From the IMG/VR virus record IMGVR_UViG_3300042516_004060: a stretch of 20,000 nucleotides of DNA; one strand, written 5' to 3'. Position 1 is the stretch's first letter. The number at the start of each line of letters is the position of its first letter. The position numbers were made by a program, and so were the translations under genes. Shown here piece by piece: positions 8,191-15,988 of the stretch. Origin of the DNA: an uncultured virus (IMG/VR IMGVR_UViG_3300042516_004060) (lineage: Duplodnaviria > Heunggongvirae > Uroviricota > Caudoviricetes). A model generated the notes under the pieces. The model saw only the letters and a program-made list of their open reading frames with translations. It searched no databases and was not told where the DNA came from.

Positions 8191-10278
8191 ATGAGCACCC
8201 CATTGACAGCAGAAGAGTCCGTACAATCAAAAAATTTAAACATATTCTCTTTTAAAATAAGCGATGATTTTGTTGAAACTTATAAAGCAAAGAAAGCACC
8301 ATTTGGTTATAGAGATGCTGCGGGTAACTCTGTTGGAGAAATTACATTTCTTAGAACATACTCAAGAAAAAAAATAGATGGCACAAAAGAAACATGGGTC
8401 GATGTTTGTGAGCGTGTTATTAACGGAATGTACTCTCTTCAAAAGGATCACTGCAAAAAGAATAGACTCCCTTGGAACGACGTAAAGGCACAGGCTAGCG
8501 CAAAAGAAGCTTTTGACCGCCTATTCAATCTTAAGTGGACTCCACCAGGTCGAGGCCTTTGGATGATGGGAACGCAAATTGTCAATGTTCAAAAGAATTC
8601 AGCAGCCCTACAAAACTGTGCCTTCGTTTCTACCTCTGAGATGACAAAAAATAATCCAGCAAAGCCGTTTGCTTTTTTGATGGAGGCATCAATGCTTGGA
8701 GTTGGAGTCGGATTTGATGACAAGGGTGCTGATAAAGACTTCACAATCTATGAGTCAGAAAAGCCTATGGTAACCATTATCATCAGCGATGATCGCGAAG
8801 GGTGGGCTGAAGCAACTTCAGCATTAATTAACTCATACTTAAAGTCTGATCAAAGCCCTGTTGAGTTTGACTATTCATTGATACGTCCCCTTGGATCTCC
8901 TATTAAAACATTTGGAGGAACAGCTTCTGGGCCAGATCCTTTAATTAAGCTACACAAATCTATACGCAAAATATTTACTGGCCGTAATGGACAAAAATTA
9001 ACAAGAAAAGACATTGCAGACATAGGAAACCTTATAGGTGTGTGTGTTGTTTCAGGAAATGTAAGACGATCAGCAGAGCTTCTTATCGGAAGAATTGATG
9101 ATCAAGATTTCTTAAACTTAAAGAACTCGGAGGTATTTCCTGAAAGAAATTCATACGACTCAGAGAATCCAGGATGGGGATGGATGAGTAACAACTCGGT
9201 AGAAGTATCAGTTGGTCAAGATTTATCTGCGATTGTCGATGGAATAGCTAGAAACGGTGAGCCAGGAGTTATATGGATGGACATGTCCAGAAAGTATGGT
9301 CGACTTGCTGATCCAGTAAATAACAAAGATCATCGAGTAGCTGGATTCAACCCATGTGCAGAACAGTCACTTGAGTCTTATGAGTGTTGCACCCTTGTTG
9401 AAACATACCTAGGAAGACATGACTCATTAGAAGATTACAAGAGAACATTAAAGTTTGCATATCTCTATGCTAAAACAGTTACCTTATTGCCAACCCACTG
9501 GGAAGAAACAAATGCAATTATGCAACGCAATCGTCGAATCGGAGCATCAATGTCTGGTGTTGCAGATTTTGCTGACAATAACGGCATGCCGGTTCTTCGT
9601 GAGTGGATGGATGATGGTTACAAAACAGTGCAAAGATACGATAACATTTACTCAGAGTGGCTTGGAGTTCGTGAATCAATTAAAATGACAACAGTTAAGC
9701 CGTCTGGAACAGTGTCCATTCTTGCTGGCGAGTCACCTGGTGTTCACTGGACTCCTGGTGGAGAATATTTTAATAGAACAATTAGATTCTCTAACGACGA
9801 CCCAATGTTGCCACTTTTTAGAATGGCAAACTATAGAGTCGAGCCAGCGTCAGAGTCTCCAGATACTACATCTGTTGTATATTTCCCAATTAAATCCAAC
9901 GCAAAAAGATCTGAAAAAGATGTAACAATTTTTGAAAAGACAGCATTGGCAGCAGCAGCACAAAGATATTGGTCAGACAACTCCGTTTCTGTTACTATTT
10001 CTTTTAATTCAGAAACAGAAAAACAGCACGTTGGAACAGTCCTTCACATGTATGATGGTCAGCTAAAGACTGTATCTTTCCTTCCACAAGGAAACGAAAC
10101 ATATCCACAAATGCCCTATACACAAATTGAGAAAAATGAGTACACAGATGCAAGCATGAATCTGTTTCCAATAGATTTTTCTGGAGTATATGCAGGCATG
10201 GCAGCAGATGCTATAGGCGAATCATATTGCACAACAGACTCATGTGAGATAAAGCTGATAAAGGAAAATCAAAAATAA
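8191..10278 (+). CDS. nrdJ: Class II (adenosylcobalamin-dependent) monomeric ribonucleotide reductase, RTPR type
   Basis: FLRTYSR, PPGRGLW, NCAF, GVGVGFD, GNVRRSA, NPCAEQ (thiyl-radical Cys), TTVKPSGTVS, WSDNSVSVT and the C-terminal redox pair CTTDSC. No nrdB-type small subunit nearby. Confidence 0.95.
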   Translation: MSTPLTAEESVQSKNLNIFSFKISDDFVETYKAKKAPFGYRDAAGNSVGEITFLRTYSRKKIDGTKETWVDVCERVINGMYSLQKDHCKKNRLPWNDVKAQASAKEAFDRLFNLKWTPPGRGLWMMGTQIVNVQKNSAALQNCAFVSTSEMTKNNPAKPFAFLMEASMLGVGVGFDDKGADKDFTIYESEKPMVTIIISDDREGWAEATSALINSYLKSDQSPVEFDYSLIRPLGSPIKTFGGTASGPDPLIKLHKSIRKIFTGRNGQKLTRKDIADIGNLIGVCVVSGNVRRSAELLIGRIDDQDFLNLKNSEVFPERNSYDSENPGWGWMSNNSVEVSVGQDLSAIVDGIARNGEPGVIWMDMSRKYGRLADPVNNKDHRVAGFNPCAEQSLESYECCTLVETYLGRHDSLEDYKRTLKFAYLYAKTVTLLPTHWEETNAIMQRNRRIGASMSGVADFADNNGMPVLREWMDDGYKTVQRYDNIYSEWLGVRESIKMTTVKPSGTVSILAGESPGVHWTPGGEYFNRTIRFSNDDPMLPLFRMANYRVEPASESPDTTSVVYFPIKSNAKRSEKDVTIFEKTALAAAAQRYWSDNSVSVTISFNSETEKQHVGTVLHMYDGQLKTVSFLPQGNETYPQMPYTQIEKNEYTDASMNLFPIDFSGVYAGMAADAIGESYCTTDSCEIKLIKENQK

Positions 10279-10282
10279 AATT

Positions 10283-10618
10283 ATGTCAGAAGATAATAGT
10301 GAAGAAATTGAAAAGATTTTTAATGAGCTAATGAATTCAAACTCAATTAAAGATCTTGTAAAAGAAGATAAAAACTCTATTATAAAAGAACTAATACATA
10401 TGCAAGAGTCACTTTTAGAATCAGTATTAAATATAAATGCATTAGTGCATGCCCTTCATAGTGACGCAACATTTGAAGTAGATCCGAGTTTGTTTGAGCT
10501 ATTAGGGCCATTGTACAAAATAAGCGAAGATTTTATCGCTGAAGCTATTGGATATAATGGTACAATAGAGGAATATATAGAGATTGAAGATGAAGAAGAA
10601 AGTGATGATGGAGAATAA
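10283..10618 (+). CDS. Acidic hypothetical protein (111 aa)
   Basis: Fills the gap between nrdJ and thyX. Very Glu/Asp-rich, ending EIEDEEESDDGE. Confidence 0.75.
   Translation: MSEDNSEEIEKIFNELMNSNSIKDLVKEDKNSIIKELIHMQESLLESVLNINALVHALHSDATFEVDPSLFELLGPLYKISEDFIAEAIGYNGTIEEYIEIEDEEESDDGE
10558..10566 (+). promoter_or_regulatory. Possible extended -10 element TGgTACAAT upstream of thyX
   Basis: Matches TGnTAnnnT about 40 nt before the thyX start, inside the 3' end of the preceding gene. An overlapping TATAAT lies at 10553-10558. Confidence 0.35.
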
Positions 10619-11300
10619 TTTAATTCAAGTTTTAGATAAAGGTTATGTAAGATTAGTAGATAAAATGGGAAGTGATCTTTCCGTAGTTAATGCAGCAAGA
10701 GCGTCTTTTGCAAAAGAGTCAAAAGAATTTACACAACAAGATGCAAAGCTTTTAAACTTTTTAGCAAGAGAAAATCATATGTCGCCTTTTCGACATGCTT
10801 TTGCTACCTTTGAATTTAAAGCACCATTAATGGTGGCACGACAGCATTGGAAATATGTTGTTGGGTCTGATCACACTATGGATTCTTGGAATGAGTCCTC
10901 TAGAAGATATATTACTATGGATCCAGAGTTTTATTTTCCAGCAGCAGACGAGTGGCGTTTAGCTCCAGAAGACAAAAAGCAGGGCTCTCATGGCGTTGCA
11001 GATCCATTTATTGGCTCAATGCTAACACAGGAGCTAATGGTATATGCAGAAAAAGGTGAAGCTCTATATAACATGGCTATGGAAGGTGGAATAGCAGCAG
11101 AACAGGCTAGACTATTTTTGCCAGCTTATTCTATGTACGTAATATACAGATGGTCATGTTCGCTTCAGTCAGTAATTTTATTCTTGACGCAAAGATTGTC
11201 AGAAGATTCTCAAGTTGAGATTCAAAAATATGCAAAAGCTGTTCATGAACTTATTCAACCAGAATTTCCAATGTCAATGAAAGCATTAATGGGATCATAA
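10605..11300 (+). CDS. thyX: Flavin-dependent thymidylate synthase (variant motif); start at ATG 10605 or 10608
   Basis: VLDKGYVRLVD.MGSDLSVVNAARAS, H.SPFRH, APLMVARQ, WNESSRRY, EQARLFLP, R...DSQ.EIQ.YA. Confidence 0.92.
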   Translation: MMENNLIQVLDKGYVRLVDKMGSDLSVVNAARASFAKESKEFTQQDAKLLNFLARENHMSPFRHAFATFEFKAPLMVARQHWKYVVGSDHTMDSWNESSRRYITMDPEFYFPAADEWRLAPEDKKQGSHGVADPFIGSMLTQELMVYAEKGEALYNMAMEGGIAAEQARLFLPAYSMYVIYRWSCSLQSVILFLTQRLSEDSQVEIQKYAKAVHELIQPEFPMSMKALMGS

Positions 11301-11461
11301 TGATCAATTTCTTTTTTCTGCTACTCTATGTAGCATTAATCAATTGGAACATTGGTTTATATACTTTGGCTTTAGGGCAAAATGGAAGATCAAAGTTTAT
11401 TGTTATAGCAATTAATATATTTGTTTCTTTTATACTAGGGTATCTATCTATATATCGTTAG
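11300..11461 (+). CDS. Small membrane protein (53 aa, two predicted TM helices); not in the ORF track
   Basis: ATG overlaps the thyX stop (TAATG). Translates to MINFFFLLLYVALINWNIGLYTLALGQNGRSKFIVIAINIFVSFILGYLSIYR*. Ends 2 nt before the next ATG. Confidence 0.7.
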   Translation: MINFFFLLLYVALINWNIGLYTLALGQNGRSKFIVIAINIFVSFILGYLSIYR

Positions 11462-11463
11462 CT

Positions 11464-11928
11464 ATGATTAAAAGAAAAAATATACAGTTTATTAAACTAT
11501 GCTTTGAAGCTGCAAATATATTTTCCACATGCGGAAAAAAGAAGTACGCAGCAATACTTGTTGACTCAGATGGTCATGTAGTAGGCATGGGATATAATGG
11601 TGGGCCCAAAAACCATATTCATTGCGAAGATGGCGGTTGCCCAAGATATACTATGAATAGTCAGCCGGGATCGATATACGACAACTGCATTGCTGTTCAT
11701 GCAGAGCAAAATGCGTTCTTGCATTCAGATTATAGTTCTAAGGCTACGAGCATATATGTCAATGGGCCTCCATGTTTTACCTGCGCAAAGTTGATTGTAA
11801 ACTCAACTGTAAAAAAATTGTTTTATATTAAAGATGATTCGTATTCAGATTGGAATAATGTTAAACTATTCCTAGAAAAAAATAACATAGAAATAAGAGA
11901 GATTGATCAATGGCAGCTGGAAAGTTAA
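11464..11928 (+). CDS. dCMP deaminase (ComEB/dCMP deaminase family)
   Basis: STC, GYNG, and the zinc/catalytic motifs HAEQNA and PCFTC. Adjacent to thyX. Confidence 0.92.
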   Translation: MIKRKNIQFIKLCFEAANIFSTCGKKKYAAILVDSDGHVVGMGYNGGPKNHIHCEDGGCPRYTMNSQPGSIYDNCIAVHAEQNAFLHSDYSSKATSIYVNGPPCFTCAKLIVNSTVKKLFYIKDDSYSDWNNVKLFLEKNNIEIREIDQWQLES

Positions 11929-12146
11929 ATTACATAGTCATGTATGATGGATTAAGTCAGGTTTTTGGTTGCGCATCCAAAAAAATTGCGCTAGAATCTG
12001 CTCCACCTGATGGGTATACTTTACAAGATAAAAAAATATTGTTTATAACATATCAACCAGATAACAAAAAGCTATGCGTACACAAAGTCCCAGACGAAGA
12101 AGTGCAAGCAGCTGAAATAAAAAAGAAAAAACAAGAAAATGAGTAA
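11910..12146 (+). CDS. Hypothetical protein (78 aa)
   Basis: Overlaps its neighbours in operon fashion. No recognised motif. Confidence 0.7.
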   Translation: MAAGKLNYIVMYDGLSQVFGCASKKIALESAPPDGYTLQDKKILFITYQPDNKKLCVHKVPDEEVQAAEIKKKKQENE

Positions 12147-12378
12147 AAAACAAAATCAAAAAAAGAAAGTAACCATCAAGATTGTTCCAGGTCAAGCAAT
12201 TTTTGTTGCAGATCTATCAGTTATGCACCACATAGCAGAAACTTATAATAATCTTGCAAGTACATATACAAGCCAACAGGACAAACAATCTTGCTATGAT
12301 GTATCAAAGATGATATATGAATGGTCAGAAAAAACTTATTTTAATCCTGAAAACGATTACTCGGACGAAGAGTGGTAA
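12139..12378 (+). CDS. Hypothetical protein (79 aa)
   Basis: Basic N-terminus and acidic C-terminus. Stop overlaps the next ATG. Confidence 0.7.
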   Translation: MSKKQNQKKKVTIKIVPGQAIFVADLSVMHHIAETYNNLASTYTSQQDKQSCYDVSKMIYEWSEKTYFNPENDYSDEEW

Positions 12379-13196
12379 TGATGATAGATTTATGTGTGGT
12401 TAACCACAATACTAGAACACTATTGCAGAGATTTTTGGACACTCTGCATTCAGATATGTATAGTCCAAATGGCGCGCTCACAAAAAACTGGAACTTGTAT
12501 ATTACAGATAATGATTCAACAGATGACTTTGTTCCATGGTTAAGAGAAAACGAAGAGCGTTATTGGATCAATAGAACATATTTAAGACAAAATATTGGAT
12601 ACTCTTCTGCTATTAATATGATGGCAAGTTTTAGTTCCGCAGAGATTGTTGGAGTTTTAAATGGTGACGTTTGGATGACAAGCGAAGATTGTTTAAATAT
12701 AGAAAAGATATTTGCTAACAATCCAGACATACACATACTTGGACCAAAGCAAAGAGATGAAAATGGTTTCATAACTCACGCAGGCATTATTGGCACAAAT
12801 ACATCACCAAAACATAGGGGATGGAGAGAGCATGATCCAAATGATGTTCTCTATAAAGACCAACTAGAATGCGTAACAGTTTCTGGGTCAGCATACTTTG
12901 TTAGAAGAGACGTATGGAATGACATGACAAACAACGCTAAATATCGAGAACTATACCCAAATGCAATAGGCGCATTCTTGCCCACTCCTCACTACTTTGA
13001 AGAGACCTGGTGCTCCTACTTTGCTAGACATTTGGGATATAATGTGGTCTATGATGGTTCTGTATCAATTGGGCACAGCTGGCACGCTTCAACGCCAAAG
13101 CCTGGCGAAGGAGTTAGTCATGCAGATAAGTACTTTCCAGTTAGTAGAGAAATTTTTAGAAAAGCATGTGATCACATGGGCATAGAAAGAGATTAA
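12378..13196 (+). CDS. Glycosyltransferase family 2 (WbbL/rhamnosyltransferase-like pattern)
   Basis: VVNHNT, DNDSTD, NIGYSSAIN, LNGD, VSGSAYFVRR, YFEET, R.LGY and a C-terminal His. TAATG overlap gives start 12378. Confidence 0.88.
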   Translation: MMIDLCVVNHNTRTLLQRFLDTLHSDMYSPNGALTKNWNLYITDNDSTDDFVPWLRENEERYWINRTYLRQNIGYSSAINMMASFSSAEIVGVLNGDVWMTSEDCLNIEKIFANNPDIHILGPKQRDENGFITHAGIIGTNTSPKHRGWREHDPNDVLYKDQLECVTVSGSAYFVRRDVWNDMTNNAKYRELYPNAIGAFLPTPHYFEETWCSYFARHLGYNVVYDGSVSIGHSWHASTPKPGEGVSHADKYFPVSREIFRKACDHMGIERD

Positions 13197-13197
13197 A

Positions 13198-13599
13198 ATG
13201 ACAGATAAATTAAACCCCTGGATATATAACGCAGAAGTTAAAAAAGTAGTTGATGGCGATACATTTGATATTGTTATCGACCTTGGTTTTGACACCCTAA
13301 AAAAGGGTAGAGTGCGTCTTTATGGAGTGAATACGCCAGAGAGTAGAACTTCTAATCTTGAAGAAAAAAAGATGGGCTTAGCTGCTAAAGAGTTTACTGA
13401 TCAGTGGTTAACCGCCGCAAATCATAAAGTAAAGATTGAAACAATTATAGATAAGAACGAAAAATATGGAAGAGTTCTTGCTAGAGTATGGAATGAAGCA
13501 GGGGCATGTTTAAATACAGACATAGTTGCATCTGGTCTAGCAAGAGAGTATTATGGTGTTGGAGATAAAACCTTCACTGAGTTCAAGAAAGAAAAGTAA
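13198..13599 (+). CDS. Thermonuclease (staphylococcal nuclease-like)
   Basis: VVDGDT, RLYGVNTPE, KYGRVLA, N..IVASGLA. No signal peptide. Confidence 0.92.
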   Translation: MTDKLNPWIYNAEVKKVVDGDTFDIVIDLGFDTLKKGRVRLYGVNTPESRTSNLEEKKMGLAAKEFTDQWLTAANHKVKIETIIDKNEKYGRVLARVWNEAGACLNTDIVASGLAREYYGVGDKTFTEFKKEK

Positions 13600-14003
13600 T
13601 GCAAACATTTCTACCATACCCAGATTTTATACAGTCAGTAAGAGTGCTCGACTATCGTCGGTTAGGTAAACAGCGTGTTGAGACATTTCAGGTTCTAAAT
13701 ATTTTATTAGAAAGAACTGAAAGCAAAGGTTGGCGCAATCATCCAGTAACAAGAATGTGGACAGGTTATGAGGAAGCTCTTAAACTGTATCAAAATCACA
13801 CCATAGCCGAATGGATGAATCGTGGATATAAAAATAATATGGCATTTGAAGAAATTGACTCCTCAGCTATTATAATGCCACCATGGTTTGGGTCAGAAGA
13901 TTTTCACAGATCACATAGATCAAACCTTTTGAGAAAAGATTTTATGTATTACTCAGAATTTTTTAGCGAACCATCAGACTTAGAATATGTTTGGCCAGCA
14001 TGA
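13599..14003 (+). CDS. Pyrimidine-dimer DNA glycosylase-like protein (MSMEG_6728 / T4 endonuclease V-related)
   Basis: MQTFLPYPDF...LDYRRLGKQRVETFQ, GWRNHP..RMW.GYE, EW..RGY, PPW.G...H.SHRSNLLRKD, Y.WP. Confidence 0.88.
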   Translation: MQTFLPYPDFIQSVRVLDYRRLGKQRVETFQVLNILLERTESKGWRNHPVTRMWTGYEEALKLYQNHTIAEWMNRGYKNNMAFEEIDSSAIIMPPWFGSEDFHRSHRSNLLRKDFMYYSEFFSEPSDLEYVWPA

Positions 14004-14404
14004 GCCTTACAGTATATTTGGCAGGTGCTATGGATTATGTTGGAGATTACGCTACTGGTTGGCGCAAAGAGGCAACATTCTTGCTGATACAGAGAGGTTA
14101 TAAGGTATTAGATCCTACTTCTATACCTGAAGACTCTTCTATGACAGCAGAAGAAATAGTTCAAAAAAATGTATTTATGCAGAAGAGATCAGACATTCTT
14201 CTGGTAGAATACATGCTAGAAGATAGAGCTTATATAGGAACTGATTTTGAAATGGCTTGGGCCAAAATGCACAATCAGCCATGTATAGTTATGTGTTCTA
14301 ATCAAAACAAAGATCGACCATATATGAAATATATGGCCACAAAGCTTGCAGACAACCTGCAAGATGCTATAGAATATATAGCAGTCCATTATCCAACTAA
14401 ATAA
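14000..14404 (+). CDS. Nucleoside 2-deoxyribosyltransferase-like protein (NDT/DNPH1/MilB fold)
   Basis: VYLAGAM, GWR, VLDP, SDILLV, IGTDFEMAWA (catalytic Glu). ATGA overlap with the upstream stop gives start 14000. Confidence 0.85.
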   Translation: MSLTVYLAGAMDYVGDYATGWRKEATFLLIQRGYKVLDPTSIPEDSSMTAEEIVQKNVFMQKRSDILLVEYMLEDRAYIGTDFEMAWAKMHNQPCIVMCSNQNKDRPYMKYMATKLADNLQDAIEYIAVHYPTK

Positions 14405-14415
14405 AAGGAAAAAAA

Positions 14416-14607
14416 ATGTCAGAGAACAAGTTCAAGTATTTTGCGGTTACCAATACCACATTGGTAAAGGCCAACAACAAGACCGATGCCCAAAAGCTAG
14501 CTATGGGTCGTCGAGGCGTTGCTGGTGAGGTGCTCGTAAAGTCAACAGACATTGAGCGCATCTCTTCCGTAGAAGCTCACGAGCAGGTAGAAGAGTTAAC
14601 TGCTTAA
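14416..14607 (+). CDS. Small hypothetical protein (63 aa), probably highly expressed
   Basis: SD AAGGA. About 50% GC by hand count over 14461-14580. Followed by a strong hairpin. Confidence 0.75.
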   Translation: MSENKFKYFAVTNTTLVKANNKTDAQKLAMGRRGVAGEVLVKSTDIERISSVEAHEQVEELTA

Positions 14608-14617
14608 TAGTACTTTT

Positions 14618-14651
14618 GGGGCAGGGTAGGTTCTTCCTACCCTGCCTTGTT
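14618..14651 (+). terminator. GC-rich hairpin: probable terminator or 3' stabilising stem-loop
   Basis: GGCAGGGTAGG (14620-14630), loop TTCTT, CCTACCCTGCC (14636-14646). Only a weak tail (TTGTT) follows. Confidence 0.65.
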
Positions 14652-14668
14652 AGTGTTAGGATTTAAAT

Positions 14669-15352
14669 ATGATAATTGCACAGATGGTTGGAAAAAATGA
14701 ATCAAATAGATTTCTTGAACCAGTATTACAAAGACTATCTACACAAGTAGATAAGATTATTTTTACAGATGATTGTTCTGATGATAATACAGCAGAAATT
14801 GCATCTAAATATGCAGAAGTTTTTAAGACTGATAAAACATTGTTTACAGAAAACGAAGGCAACTTAAGGTCAAACGCTTGGCGCAACCTAGAGAAGTTTG
14901 CAAAAGAAGGTGACTGGGTGGTTGCTATTGACTGTGACGAAATGCTTTATCAAGATAGGGATTTGGATTTAAAACATGTTTTAGATCAATCGCCATATGA
15001 TGTGGTAAATGTAAGATTTTACCACATGTGGAACGAAACTCAATATAGAGTAGATAAGCTATGGGCACCAAATAATAGTTCTCGCATCTTTAGATATAGG
15101 GATCATGGAACTTTTTTTGACAAAAAACTTGCTTGCGGTTCAGAGCCTACCTATGTAGTGGAATGGGTTAGACAAAGAAATTATTTTTTACACTCAGGCT
15201 TAATGATGCAGCACTTAGGTTATGTTAGAGATGAAGATAAAGTTTCAAAATATAATAGATATATATCAATAGATAAAGGCGAGTTTCATAACTTGCAGCA
15301 CATAGAATCAATAATGGATACAAATTTTGTATTAGTGAACTGGAATAAATAA
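14669..15352 (+). CDS. Glycosyltransferase family 2
   Basis: KNE..FL, DDCSDDNT, DxD motif IDCDE, RIFR, HLGY, K..RY. Confidence 0.88.
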   Translation: MIIAQMVGKNESNRFLEPVLQRLSTQVDKIIFTDDCSDDNTAEIASKYAEVFKTDKTLFTENEGNLRSNAWRNLEKFAKEGDWVVAIDCDEMLYQDRDLDLKHVLDQSPYDVVNVRFYHMWNETQYRVDKLWAPNNSSRIFRYRDHGTFFDKKLACGSEPTYVVEWVRQRNYFLHSGLMMQHLGYVRDEDKVSKYNRYISIDKGEFHNLQHIESIMDTNFVLVNWNK

Positions 15353-15981
15353 TGAAAACTGTAGCAGAAAAACAAACAATAATTAAAGTTACATCAATGT
15401 TAGAATCTAAAGATAGATTTTCTTTTGTAACCTATACAAGATCTTCGATACTGTCAGCAGCTGGCGAAGTAAGAGGAGATAAAAGACCTCCAAAAAACTT
15501 TGTTCGATCTGTCATATCTGGATTAACAAACAATAATAAAAATTTTGTAAAGGCCATACCACTAGAGCTTTCTGGGTTAACTAGCTCAAAAATAAGAGAC
15601 ATAAATGATGAAGTTTTTTATGATGCAAACTATTTAGATTATTACATTAATAATAGCCATGATGTTTATAAAATATTTATGAATAGATATTTTAAAGAGC
15701 AAAACGCTTTAGTGATTAGTTTTCAAAATGAAGGTCTTATCTCAAGAAACTTTGGAAATCAATCATCTTATATTCAAGTTCCTTATAATGACTTCTATGA
15801 TAAAGTAGATAGTGTTACCGCTCAGATCTCTGAGTTTAGTGGAGAGCATAATTTATGCATTCTCGACTGCCCAATGTTTAGTTCTGCAATAGCGCCAAAG
15901 ATTTGGGAAAAAACAAATATGTCTATTATGGATTTAGGAAAATCCTTAACATTAGCTAGGTCCTTTAATAAAGTAAAGTGA
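15352..15981 (+). CDS. GT-D (DUF1792) fold-like protein with a degenerate catalytic motif
   Basis: N-terminal RFSFVTYTRSS sits where GT-D has S(F/I)VR(F/Y)GDGE. IQVP.ND.Y and C-terminal LCILDCPMFSSAIAPKIW...IMDLGKSL resemble the GT-D end (L...G..AK.L...L....AIDIGH). Translationally coupled to the GT2 gene. Confidence 0.5.
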   Translation: MKTVAEKQTIIKVTSMLESKDRFSFVTYTRSSILSAAGEVRGDKRPPKNFVRSVISGLTNNNKNFVKAIPLELSGLTSSKIRDINDEVFYDANYLDYYINNSHDVYKIFMNRYFKEQNALVISFQNEGLISRNFGNQSSYIQVPYNDFYDKVDSVTAQISEFSGEHNLCILDCPMFSSAIAPKIWEKTNMSIMDLGKSLTLARSFNKVK

Positions 15982-15988
15982 TATAAAA

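Noticed and set aside
9949..9960. (GCA)4 microsatellite
   Set aside because: Simply encodes an Ala run within nrdJ and is too short for phase variation.
8191..10278. Intein or intron in nrdJ (also considered for the helicase and thyX)
   Set aside because: The ORFs are continuous and of normal length, with no intein C...HN ends or LAGLIDADG motifs noticed.
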